NCBI RefSeq assembly: GCF_000020385.1
Contig: NC_010814.1
Coordinates: 3,630,001 to 3,662,000 of the forward strand
From: Trichlorobacter lovleyi SZ
GTDB taxonomy: Bacteria; Desulfobacterota; Desulfuromonadia; Geobacterales; Pseudopelobacteraceae
Length of the DNA: 32,000 nt
Reading direction: 5' to 3'
Of the stretch, positions 15,490-22,942 are shown piece by piece. The translations under genes were made by a program, and so were the position numbers. How positions within the stretch are numbered: the stretch's first letter is position 1; each line of letters starts with the position of its first letter. The notes under the pieces were generated by a model. It saw only the letters and a list, made by a program, of their open reading frames with translations, searched no databases and was not told where the DNA came from.

Positions 15490-16024
15490 GCAACACCTTA
15501 GCAACGGATTCCTGCTCAAGCACAAGGACTGCCCTCACTAGCGAAACATCGTAGATATCCCCTATCAAGACATGATCTATCACCTTCAATGCAGAGTTCA
15601 GTTCGTTCAAGGACAATGTTCTTGAAAAACGCACCAATAATATAGCTGCAAAAAGAGCCAGGTCGTCTGCTATCGCGTATGTCTCGCCTACCTTGTGAAA
15701 GCAACTATCGTACTGAGCCGCAAGCCGTCCGAATAACGCAAACTTCTTTTGCAACATGTAGACAAGCTCAGAATCGGATGTCCCTGTAATCCGCTCATGA
15801 CGCCACAATGTTGTAAGAAGCTGAATAAGCGTTCTTGCGGCATCAGATTCTTCATGTGCATCTACATAGCTATCAATCTGCTTTAGCGCCGTATGAGCAT
15901 CTGGCTTACGAGCCCCAAGGGAGTGGTATCGTTGTTCCCAAAAGCAAGAGATACCATCCGCTATATCAAGCAGTGGAATTTCGCCCTCGTTTTTAGTGTA
16001 AGAGCCGACCGAGCTCACTACCAT
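15482..16024 (-). CDS. Hypothetical, predicted all-helical protein (no recognisable family)
   Basis: About 180-aa ORF in operon phase. ATG 16024 overlaps the upstream TAG (ATGGTAG). The track start at 16030 is a TTG two codons upstream. Confidence 0.45.
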   Translation of the reverse strand: MVVSSVGSYTKNEGEIPLLDIADGISCFWEQRYHSLGARKPDAHTALKQIDSYVDAHEESDAARTLIQLLTTLWRHERITGTSDSELVYMLQKKFALFGRLAAQYDSCFHKVGETYAIADDLALFAAILLVRFSRTLSLNELNSALKVIDHVLIGDIYDVSLVRAVLVLEQESVAKVLHG

Positions 16025-16779
16025 CTCCAATCATGGTGCCATACTGTTTTACAGCTATCCACCGAGCAAACCATTTCTTCATATATTTCACGGTCAGTCT
16101 GTACATCAACTTCACACCAACGACCGTTTACAGAACAAACCTGCACAGTGACATCCTGCTGTAAAGCATGCCTGATCCACGAAGTCATATCCAAACACGC
16201 TTGTTCTTTTGCTGAAAGCTTCAGATATATGTCAAAAAACTGTTTCCACCCCTGGGGTTTAAATAACAAAAGTCCCATGTACTGTGCTTCGACTTCTTCA
16301 AGCGTCTTTGGTTTGCCACCAATCTCCTTCAAAATACCACATTCCTCTTGGAAGGTTTCAGCATCAGCTATCGGATCTTCGCCCCTCAAACGCCAGAGTT
16401 CCAGCCAAAGCCGGTCAGCAGTAATTGCAATTGAGCCGTCGCAGGCGATAAGCGCACGGACATGGTCCGGGTGGTAAACAATATCTGAGTAACTGATGAT
16501 AGTTGGCCCTGAAGCTAGCCAATCCGTTGCACAAACAAGTGAAGAGGCCATATTGGTCTCTGCCCAGCGTGTATTGTCCACTGTAGAAAAATCACCATAC
16601 AGCAACTCTCCGCGATAACCCCTTACCACTAGTATTTCAGTAACTCCCGCTGCACGCAAACTTGCAAGTTGCCACTGCAGAAGATTCTTACCTGCAAGCA
16701 TAGTACAACATTTGGGGCGTCCCTCCGTATCACTCCCCATTCTGGAACCACGACCTGCAGCAAGTATAACGGCTTTCAC
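16018..16779 (-). CDS. Nucleotidyltransferase (MobA/LicC-like NTP transferase); candidate Cj1416-type CTP:phosphoglutamine cytidylyltransferase
   Basis: N-terminal KAVILAAGRGSRMG signature (GxG[ST]R). 253 aa. The GTG start forms a GTGA overlap with the upstream amidotransferase-like gene. Confidence 0.7.
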   Translation of the reverse strand: MKAVILAAGRGSRMGSDTEGRPKCCTMLAGKNLLQWQLASLRAAGVTEILVVRGYRGELLYGDFSTVDNTRWAETNMASSLVCATDWLASGPTIISYSDIVYHPDHVRALIACDGSIAITADRLWLELWRLRGEDPIADAETFQEECGILKEIGGKPKTLEEVEAQYMGLLLFKPQGWKQFFDIYLKLSAKEQACLDMTSWIRHALQQDVTVQVCSVNGRWCEVDVQTDREIYEEMVCSVDSCKTVWHHDWRW

Positions 16780-17417
16780 TCGTTAGACCTCCTAAAATGA
16801 CTCGCAAAGAGTGCTTGATCAAACGACTTAAATGACTGTTCACGCTCTGGATGCCACATGATACCAAGCAGCTTCATATCATGTGCATAAACCGCCTCAA
16901 TTGCTCCATCAACCGCTGACACAGCCCATACCTTTAATGGCGAAGCCTCATCGGGTATTGCCTGCCAAGCATGATACGAATTGACTTGTTGAGACGGCAA
17001 CAAGTGCGGCAATGGCCGTCCTTCAAACACACGCAAAGCGTGGTTCATCCCAATGTGAAGATCTTGGGATACAGGCGACAGAACACCACCAAGCTGCTGC
17101 ACCATGAACTGCATTCCACGGCAAATACCAATGACCGGATGGTTCCTTGCCATCATCCACGAAAGTGCTAACGATTCGCTTTCGTCCCTCTCAATCGACG
17201 CCCCAATATCGTTTCCGCCGGTTAGAACCAGTCCACAAGGTTTCAGTTCATCTAGCAGGCGCCGCGCCATAACAACATTGTTGGGAAGCAGCAGCGGCAT
17301 GCAGTCCGGAAGAGCGCAACCTAAAAAACTCCACCAGTCGTGCGCAATGCAATCTCGCACCTCAGCATGCATACCCTCTGCTGCTACTCTCATGGATATA
17401 GCCAAAAGCGACTTCAT
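16776..17417 (-). CDS. Class I glutamine amidotransferase / peptidase C26-like hydrolase; candidate Cj1417-type gamma-glutamyl-CDP-amidate hydrolase
   Basis: LVLTGGNDIG, nucleophile elbow PVIGICRGMQFMV, and His-Glu pair in GIMWHPE. 213 aa. The start shows an ATGA overlap with the upstream kinase-like gene. Confidence 0.7.
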   Translation of the reverse strand: MKSLLAISMRVAAEGMHAEVRDCIAHDWWSFLGCALPDCMPLLLPNNVVMARRLLDELKPCGLVLTGGNDIGASIERDESESLALSWMMARNHPVIGICRGMQFMVQQLGGVLSPVSQDLHIGMNHALRVFEGRPLPHLLPSQQVNSYHAWQAIPDEASPLKVWAVSAVDGAIEAVYAHDMKLLGIMWHPEREQSFKSFDQALFASHFRRSNE

Positions 17418-19801
17418 AACGGATGCAAACTTTGACGTTCGGCATCAAGCTCACAACGTTTGGCAGCAGCTACCTTGTCAAATAATATTTGCCCACAACC
17501 TATAGCTGCCGGTATGTCATTTTCACTGCATCTGATAGCCATATGGGAATTTGCTCCGCCATATTGCGTTACCAGCCCCGCTATACACCGGGTAAACAGC
17601 CAGTCGTAGCCGGGATCAGCGTTTTCAATGCAGACGATGCATCCATTCAGATCAAGATCTCCCCGACTTGTACTGTCAAGGCGTACAACCTTGCCCTCCA
17701 CATGTCGACGCGTAACCCAGTTGGGGGTACTGCGATGCTGAGGCACCACATAAACATCCCGGCATGAGCGTATTAGGTATCCTAATTTGAGATTTTTACC
17801 AGCATCTGAAATGTTTTTGCCTTGTCGAATCAACGGTTCAAAGTATTCACGCGGCATGGAAAGCAAAGGAGCAATAGAGACTCTTAGTAAATCTTCAATA
17901 TTTAGCCAAGAGAGGTCATCCCGAGTTAAACCGATCACATCCCCCCATACGGCAAGCGATTCAAGTGCATCTGAAAGGCTGCGGGTAAAAATAAACTTGG
18001 CATACTCCCGTCCAGCTATAGCTTTTTCTGCATAGAGCAACAACTCTTCTGCCTGGAGGTGCCCCAAGCCAGCCTCATGTAACAATTGATCCAGGTTACG
18101 TTTTTCAGCCGGCTCTAGTTCAAATGGTTCGTGGCAATAGGTTGTAGAGGTATATAAACCTGCCAATACTTCAGGTCTATCAGCATAACGAGGGCTTAGG
18201 ATATCATAGGTGCCTGGGCGTAAATGTCCGTAACGAGACATGAAGTCTCCTGGCGAGAGTCCTCCCTTTGCAACGCTTTGCATATCTGTACTCATCACGC
18301 TCGTAATTGTCTTGACGCTTTTTCTGAAAGTACGAAGCCGCTCCGGCAACATTGCATGCCGATCTACGGCAGACCTGAGTAATGCCTCAGCCATAAAGGC
18401 ATGGCGCGCAATCATAGAGAAAGGTAATGTACCAAGAGTTCTACACTCTTCCAGCAACTTCCTCACCCAGGCCAGTAGGGCATACGGCTGTTTACCAAGG
18501 ACACATGAATCATGAAACGATTTTTGAGACATCACAAGCCGTTCAAGGGTTCCAAGCGCAACCATGAGTGGTGAGGATGCCTCTGCACTGACATTTTGCC
18601 GTGTCAGATATTGATAACAGCTAGACACTTGATCAAAACGCTGTCCAGACAGTAGTCCGGGATAGCGCGCGGCAATTGTCTGTTGAAATGTAAAATCGTA
18701 GACTGTGCTAACGATTCCGAACTCAACCTTATCATGCAACTCGGGGTTCTTGTCCAGGCGGTCGAGCCAGGCATTTACCAGCAGTTCAGCAGTATCGTCC
18801 AGAATTCCAGCAGCAAGGAACGAATTAAAACTACAACGTACATCAATATACGGGCGTCCCGCGAGAATCAGCATCAGCTCTTCAGGCGGCACCGACCGAT
18901 ACCCCATTTTTTCTCGTGCAAGGCTCCAGACGCGCTGCGTTATCAAATGACGATACAATGATGTAGCCAACGGTCGGGGAGTAACTCCGATAATCTCGGC
19001 TGGATTCCAATCCGGCATAACACCGAAGAGGGTTCTCTGTCCAAAGAGGCCAGGCCGAGGTGACGAGAGACGCTCAACAAAGTCTTCCACAAAAGATATT
19101 CCATGAGCAGTCTGATCAACAATTTCAGCGGCCCATTTTCCTGCAACAGCAATGGGGCGCACCTGAAGAACATAGATGCAACCGGCCAAATCTCTGCAAA
19201 ACTCTATATCAAGGGCGTCGCTATGAAAAAAGTTTTCAAGGCGGCGCGCAAGGTAAACAAGCTCCAACAGACGGGGAGAATCAAAATCAGTATTTCTGAA
19301 ACCACGATATACATATACGGTTTTACCACCAACACCGCTGGTTACCGTATCGGTTTGAGAGGTTTCATCATCATAATTCAGTACATAGTAAGGAGCACCA
19401 TCATCTGCAGCACGAGTCATGATCACGCCACTCATGACAGTACCCACAACCATCTGCTGTATCAAAACCTGGTCTTTGGCGGTATTCACGCCATATGAAT
19501 CAATGACTTGCTTAACAGCTTGACATATGGCGTTTTCTTGATCCACTGGTACATTAAGAATGCTTTCAAATACGCCTGCATTGGAACAGCTTACAGTATC
19601 CTCCTGACGGCAACTGCTACGCACCGCAATTTTGCCTATAGCTCCTCCGAAAGAGCTCTTGATACGTACCAAAACAGTATCTTGGGAATCAAACCACTCC
19701 TGCACAGAAAAATAGAGCAAAGGCGGAACATTAAATCCAGCCTGATGCAAAATTTCCAATATCTCTGCTTTTGATTGCGCTTGTTTAACCTGATGCTCCA
19801 T
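17414..19801 (-). CDS. PEP-utilising-family kinase with N-terminal PPDK_N ATP-grasp and extreme C-terminal phosphohistidine swivel domain; candidate Cj1418-type L-glutamine kinase
   Basis: N-terminus IAVRSSCRQEDTVSCSNAGVFESILNV (the PPDK_N pattern VAVRSS..ED..SFAG...LNV). C-terminus LVTQYGGANSHMAIRCSENDIPAAIGCG, with the His about residue 753 of 795, so there is no room for a C-terminal PEP/pyruvate TIM barrel. ATG 19801 is preceded by GGAG at 5 nt. Confidence 0.7.
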   Translation of the reverse strand: MEHQVKQAQSKAEILEILHQAGFNVPPLLYFSVQEWFDSQDTVLVRIKSSFGGAIGKIAVRSSCRQEDTVSCSNAGVFESILNVPVDQENAICQAVKQVIDSYGVNTAKDQVLIQQMVVGTVMSGVIMTRAADDGAPYYVLNYDDETSQTDTVTSGVGGKTVYVYRGFRNTDFDSPRLLELVYLARRLENFFHSDALDIEFCRDLAGCIYVLQVRPIAVAGKWAAEIVDQTAHGISFVEDFVERLSSPRPGLFGQRTLFGVMPDWNPAEIIGVTPRPLATSLYRHLITQRVWSLAREKMGYRSVPPEELMLILAGRPYIDVRCSFNSFLAAGILDDTAELLVNAWLDRLDKNPELHDKVEFGIVSTVYDFTFQQTIAARYPGLLSGQRFDQVSSCYQYLTRQNVSAEASSPLMVALGTLERLVMSQKSFHDSCVLGKQPYALLAWVRKLLEECRTLGTLPFSMIARHAFMAEALLRSAVDRHAMLPERLRTFRKSVKTITSVMSTDMQSVAKGGLSPGDFMSRYGHLRPGTYDILSPRYADRPEVLAGLYTSTTYCHEPFELEPAEKRNLDQLLHEAGLGHLQAEELLLYAEKAIAGREYAKFIFTRSLSDALESLAVWGDVIGLTRDDLSWLNIEDLLRVSIAPLLSMPREYFEPLIRQGKNISDAGKNLKLGYLIRSCRDVYVVPQHRSTPNWVTRRHVEGKVVRLDSTSRGDLDLNGCIVCIENADPGYDWLFTRCIAGLVTQYGGANSHMAIRCSENDIPAAIGCGQILFDKVAAAKRCELDAERQSLHPL

Positions 19802-19849
19802 CAGAACTCCAACTCAAAAATACTAAAATACCACAACATTAATATTGAA

Positions 19850-20811
19850 CTAATCACACATCCCATCACCTGCAACAGTGTGATTAAGTCTCCATACACC
19901 ATTCTCTTTGCCCCAGATATGCGGCGAACGCCAACTGTCTATAACTTCATGAAAATATTCTTCGCTAATGCCGCAGTACTCAAGAAAAGTCTTGTAATAC
20001 TGTTTTGGAAACTCGCCATCAAACCGTTTTACGAGCTGCACCCCCTCCTCGCGGGTTAAATGGCCATCCCGTATTTCGTGAGCCGTATCCGAGGTGGCGC
20101 GACCAATACCGAATTTTATGAATGAGAGATAATAGTGAAATCCATCCAGTTGGTCGTCAATTGAAGCATATTTTGAATACGTTCCTTCATTTCTTTCAGA
20201 TCTGGCAGAAAAACCTGTATGCTCAGCTGCATAGTAGTAATTTTCCTGCGGTATCCACTTATGGTAGTAAGAAAAGAAATGTATCTTCAAATTTGCTTTA
20301 TCCATTTCTTCAAGAGGTGGGGCAAGGTAAGGGACAAGATCATTCTGGTCAACACCATAATGAACCATGTCTTCTGGCGGAAGGTTTGAAAAGTAGTGCG
20401 TTTTCTGATCAGAGCTATAGTTCCTGTCGGGCCTGTATGCGTTGGTCATGTCACCACCATATTCGACCTCTCCGTTTTCTCCATACATGATTAACGGTAT
20501 CTTATGCTGCACTGCAATCTGGAGAGGAAAGTTATGCTGCCCAAAAATAAATGGCTGAAACGGATCTCCCAGTATTTCAAAAGAAAGCTTGGTCAACTTT
20601 CTATGAACAATGCCGTTGGGCGTCCCGAGGACATTATCAAGTCCACCGACATGCACCATATTCTGAAAGTTTCTCCAGCCAATGTCGGTATACAAATGAG
20701 GAGCCCATGTAACCGTAAGCACTTTCATGCCATATTTATACTTCAGCATATGGGCTACGAAAGCGCTATCCTTACCACCGCTGGCCGGCACCATGAAGTG
20801 GTTGCGGTTTT
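19850..20811 (-). pseudogene. N-acetyl sugar amidotransferase (WbuX/WbpG/PseA family), C-terminal ~320 codons, separated from its N-terminus by the IS element
   Basis: PP-loop MVPASGGKDSAFVAHMLKYKYGMKVLTVTWAP followed by GDPFQPFIFGQ and PLIMYGENGEVEYGG. The track ORF 19850..20875 borrows its first 21 codons (MRCCMEPLLSKGSAHCLYSCL) from antisense IS sequence. Confidence 0.75.
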
Positions 20812-20841
20812 TGAGACATGAGTATAAGCAATGAGCCGATC
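20812..20841 (+). repeat. IS left terminal inverted repeat
   Basis: TGAGACAT...ATAAGCAAT...CCGATC blocks are shared with the reverse complement of 22010..22048. Confidence 0.7.
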
Positions 20842-20861
20842 CCTTTGAAAGGAGAGGTTCC

Positions 20862-21167
20862 ATGCAGCACCGCACCCGTTACAGTTCAGAATTTAAGGCC
20901 AAGGTAGCCTTGGCAGCTTTAACCGAATCCAAGACGCTGGCCGAGCTCGCCAGCGAGTACAAAGTTCACCCAAGCCAGATCAGCAACTGGAAACAGGAAC
21001 TCGTTGAAAACGCCTCAGACCTCTTCGGCAAAGGGAAGAAGCAAGAGGTCAATCACGACGCCGAAGTAGCCGAGCTGCACCGCGTCATCGGCAAGCTCAA
21101 GGCGGAAAACGATTTTTTGTCAAATCTGCCCGGTCTGAGCTTGACCGGGCGCAGAAACAGAAAGTGA
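20862..21167 (+). CDS. IS3-family transposase OrfA (helix-turn-helix)
   Basis: MQHRTRYSSEFKAKVALAALTESKTLAELASEYKVHPSQISNWKQEL plus a leucine-zipper-like tail (AELHRVIGKLKAENDFL). GGAGAGG lies 5 nt upstream of the ATG. Confidence 0.85.
   Translation: MQHRTRYSSEFKAKVALAALTESKTLAELASEYKVHPSQISNWKQELVENASDLFGKGKKQEVNHDAEVAELHRVIGKLKAENDFLSNLPGLSLTGRRNRK
21113..21119 (+). promoter_or_regulatory. Candidate programmed -1 ribosomal frameshift heptamer T TTT TTG joining orfA to orfB
   Basis: gat ttt ttg in the orfA frame. The -1 frame is open from here (FFVKSARSELDRAQKQKVIATGHPDVSVERRCELLGVARASYY) through the DDE domain, giving the usual OrfAB fusion layout. Confidence 0.55.
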
Positions 21168-21991
21168 TCGCCACCGGCCATCCTGATGTTTCTGTTGAAC
21201 GCAGATGTGAACTGCTCGGCGTAGCGAGAGCCAGCTACTACCGTGGTCCGGCATCCGGCCTTCGTTCCGGTGATCTTGCACTCATGCGGCGGATCGACGA
21301 ACTCTATCTGCAGCATCCCTGGATGGGAAGTCGCTCTTTGGCAGATCATCTGACAATACCAGAAGAGCCGGTAGGCCGTGACCGGGTTCGCCGTCTGATG
21401 CTGCTGATGGGCATCCAGTCTCTGTCGCCCAAGCCGGGAACCAGCAAGCGGCATCCCAAGCATCCGGTTTACCCATATCTGCTGCGGGGACTAACCATTG
21501 ACCGTCCCAATCAGGTGTGGGCAACCGACATCACCTACATTCCGATGGCCAGAGGCTTCATGTACCTGGTTGCCATCATGGACTGGGGCACCAGAAAGGT
21601 GCTCTCTTGGCGCCTGTCCAACACGCTTGACACCCGCTTCTGTGTCGAAGCACTCAAGGAGGCACTGTTCAAATACGGAGCCCCCGAGATATTCAACAGC
21701 GACCAGGGGTGCCAGTTCACCAGCGAGGCATTCACCTCAGTGCTGAAACAGTGGAACGTTAGGATCAGCATGGATGGCAAAGGCCGTTTCAAGGACAACA
21801 TCTTCATTGAACGGCTCTGGCGTACCCTCAAATACGAGAGGATCTACCTTAGAACCTACGAGACCGGAACTGAGCTTTTCAAAGACCTGACAGACTGGTT
21901 CAACTGGTACAACAACGGCAGAAAGCATACATCACTTGACAAGCAGACACCGGATGAGGCGTATTACCAAAGACTGAAGCTGGCAGCCTGA
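21164..21991 (+). CDS. IS3-family transposase OrfB (DDE/rve integrase domain), probably made as an OrfAB fusion
   Basis: NQVWATDITYIPMARGFMYLVAIMDWGTRKVLSW (first D), IFNSDQGCQFTS (second D), ISMDGKGRFKDNIFIERLWRTLKYERIY (E). The frame is open upstream to the slippery site at 21113. Confidence 0.85.
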   Translation: MIATGHPDVSVERRCELLGVARASYYRGPASGLRSGDLALMRRIDELYLQHPWMGSRSLADHLTIPEEPVGRDRVRRLMLLMGIQSLSPKPGTSKRHPKHPVYPYLLRGLTIDRPNQVWATDITYIPMARGFMYLVAIMDWGTRKVLSWRLSNTLDTRFCVEALKEALFKYGAPEIFNSDQGCQFTSEAFTSVLKQWNVRISMDGKGRFKDNIFIERLWRTLKYERIYLRTYETGTELFKDLTDWFNWYNNGRKHTSLDKQTPDEAYYQRLKLAA

Positions 21992-22009
21992 GGCCAGAAA
22001 CGACAACCA

Positions 22010-22048
22010 GATCGGTATATTGCTTATTCTACCCATCAGGATGTCTCA
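22010..22048 (+). repeat. IS right terminal inverted repeat
   Basis: Its reverse complement begins TGAGACAT and shares the ATAAGCAAT and CCGATC blocks with the left end. It carries about 9 extra nt relative to the left repeat. Confidence 0.7.
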
Positions 22049-22052
22049 CAAA

Positions 22053-22304
22053 TCACGACCAGCTAACCAACACTTCAAAACCTCCATCGGTTCTTTTATA
22101 CCTCTTGCACAAATCTACTAGTTCCCGCTCCCGCTGTGTCCAGTCAAAAACAGTATTTTTCTTGACGGAAAAGTTGCAGGCGGAACAAACCCCTTCTTCG
22201 TCAAAGGTAATGCGGGGGCGTTGATTGGACATAGTGCATTTTTTGCAAAACTTTATCTCTGCAGGCAGATTATAGCGCTGCAGAACATTCTTATTCTCAA
22301 TCAT
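22053..22304 (-). pseudogene. N-acetyl sugar amidotransferase (WbuX/WbpG/PseA family), N-terminal fragment with Zn-ribbon
   Basis: MIENKNVLQRYNLPAEIKFCKKCTMSNQRPRITFDEEGVCSACNF...FDWTQRERELVDLCKRYK is the characteristic N-terminus of this family. The frame ends at TGA 22055..22053, 4 nt before the IS right end. The start overlaps the hisH-like stop (TAATG). Confidence 0.75.
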
Positions 22305-22942
22305 TACATTGCCTCGTTTCGTATCTGCGCAAGCATGCCAAGCCCTTCCGAACCGCTTTTTTCAGGATGAAACTGCATACCAACAATATTGCCCTTTCTG
22401 ACAGCGGCACAAAATTCAAACCCTTCATATTCTGTAGTTGCCGTTATAATAGATGAATCGACAGGTTCAACATAATAGGAATGGACATAATAGACACAAG
22501 AATCCTTTCTCAGATGGCAGAAAAACGGTTCACGAGTCTCGGAACCATTTTGCTTCAAAACATTCCACCCAACATGTGGAATTCTCAGCGTGATGTTGTT
22601 ACACACGCTCGGGAAACGCCTGACCACACCTTGAATAAGATTCAGCCCAGCATTATCCCCAAACTCTTCGCTTCTGGAAAAAAGCAGTTGCATACCAAGA
22701 CAAATGCCAACAAGTAGCTTCCCTTGCCTTGCATGGTCAATGACAGCATCAAAAAGGCCCAGCTGTTGAAGATTTTCTATTGCCTCGCCGAAGGCGCCTA
22801 CACCAGGCAGCATGAGCAAGTGGCAGTCTCTGACATCCTGCGGATTTGAAGACACCGTTACATGAAGTCCAACTTGCTCGCAGGCATTCCTGAGGCTAAA
22901 AAGATTTCCAAGGTGGTAGTCGATGATGAGGGCCGAACGCAT
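22304..22942 (-). CDS. hisH: HisH-like glutamine amidotransferase subunit (WbuY-type, glycan amidation paralogue of IGP synthase)
   Basis: IIDYHLGNLFSLRNA...LLMLPGVGAFG...LVGICLGMQLLF..SEE...PHVGWN...YYVHSY...GMQFHPEKS. It is adjacent to a HisF-like gene and a WbuX-like gene rather than to his biosynthesis genes. Confidence 0.8.
   Translation of the reverse strand: MRSALIIDYHLGNLFSLRNACEQVGLHVTVSSNPQDVRDCHLLMLPGVGAFGEAIENLQQLGLFDAVIDHARQGKLLVGICLGMQLLFSRSEEFGDNAGLNLIQGVVRRFPSVCNNITLRIPHVGWNVLKQNGSETREPFFCHLRKDSCVYYVHSYYVEPVDSSIITATTEYEGFEFCAAVRKGNIVGMQFHPEKSGSEGLGMLAQIRNEAM

Larger units (their letters stand above)
20812..22048 (+). mobile_element. IS3-family insertion sequence (~1237 bp), two-ORF orfA/orfB organisation
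   Basis: Imperfect terminal inverted repeats: left TGAGACATGAGTATAAGCAATGAGCCGATC (20812..20841); right, reverse-complemented, TGAGACATCCTGATGGGTAGAATAAGCAATATACCGATC (22048..22010). The repeats bracket an HTH orfA and a DDE orfB in the -1 frame. I could not identify a direct target-site duplication. Confidence 0.85.

Noticed and set aside
17414-19801. Calling the 795-aa PEP-utilising-family protein PEP synthase (ppsA) or pyruvate phosphate dikinase
   Set aside because: The phosphohistidine motif sits about 42 residues from the C-terminus, so the C-terminal PEP/pyruvate-binding TIM barrel that follows it in PpsA/PPDK is absent. The gene is also coupled to C26-amidotransferase-like and nucleotidyltransferase genes.
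20806-22055. Target-site duplication and slightly longer IS ends (TGATTTGTGAGACAT on the right versus CGGTTTTTGAGACAT on the left)
   Set aside because: The flanks resemble each other only in inverted orientation (12 of 15 positions). No 3-5 bp direct repeat appears with either boundary choice, so I kept the conservative ends at the identical TGAGACAT termini.
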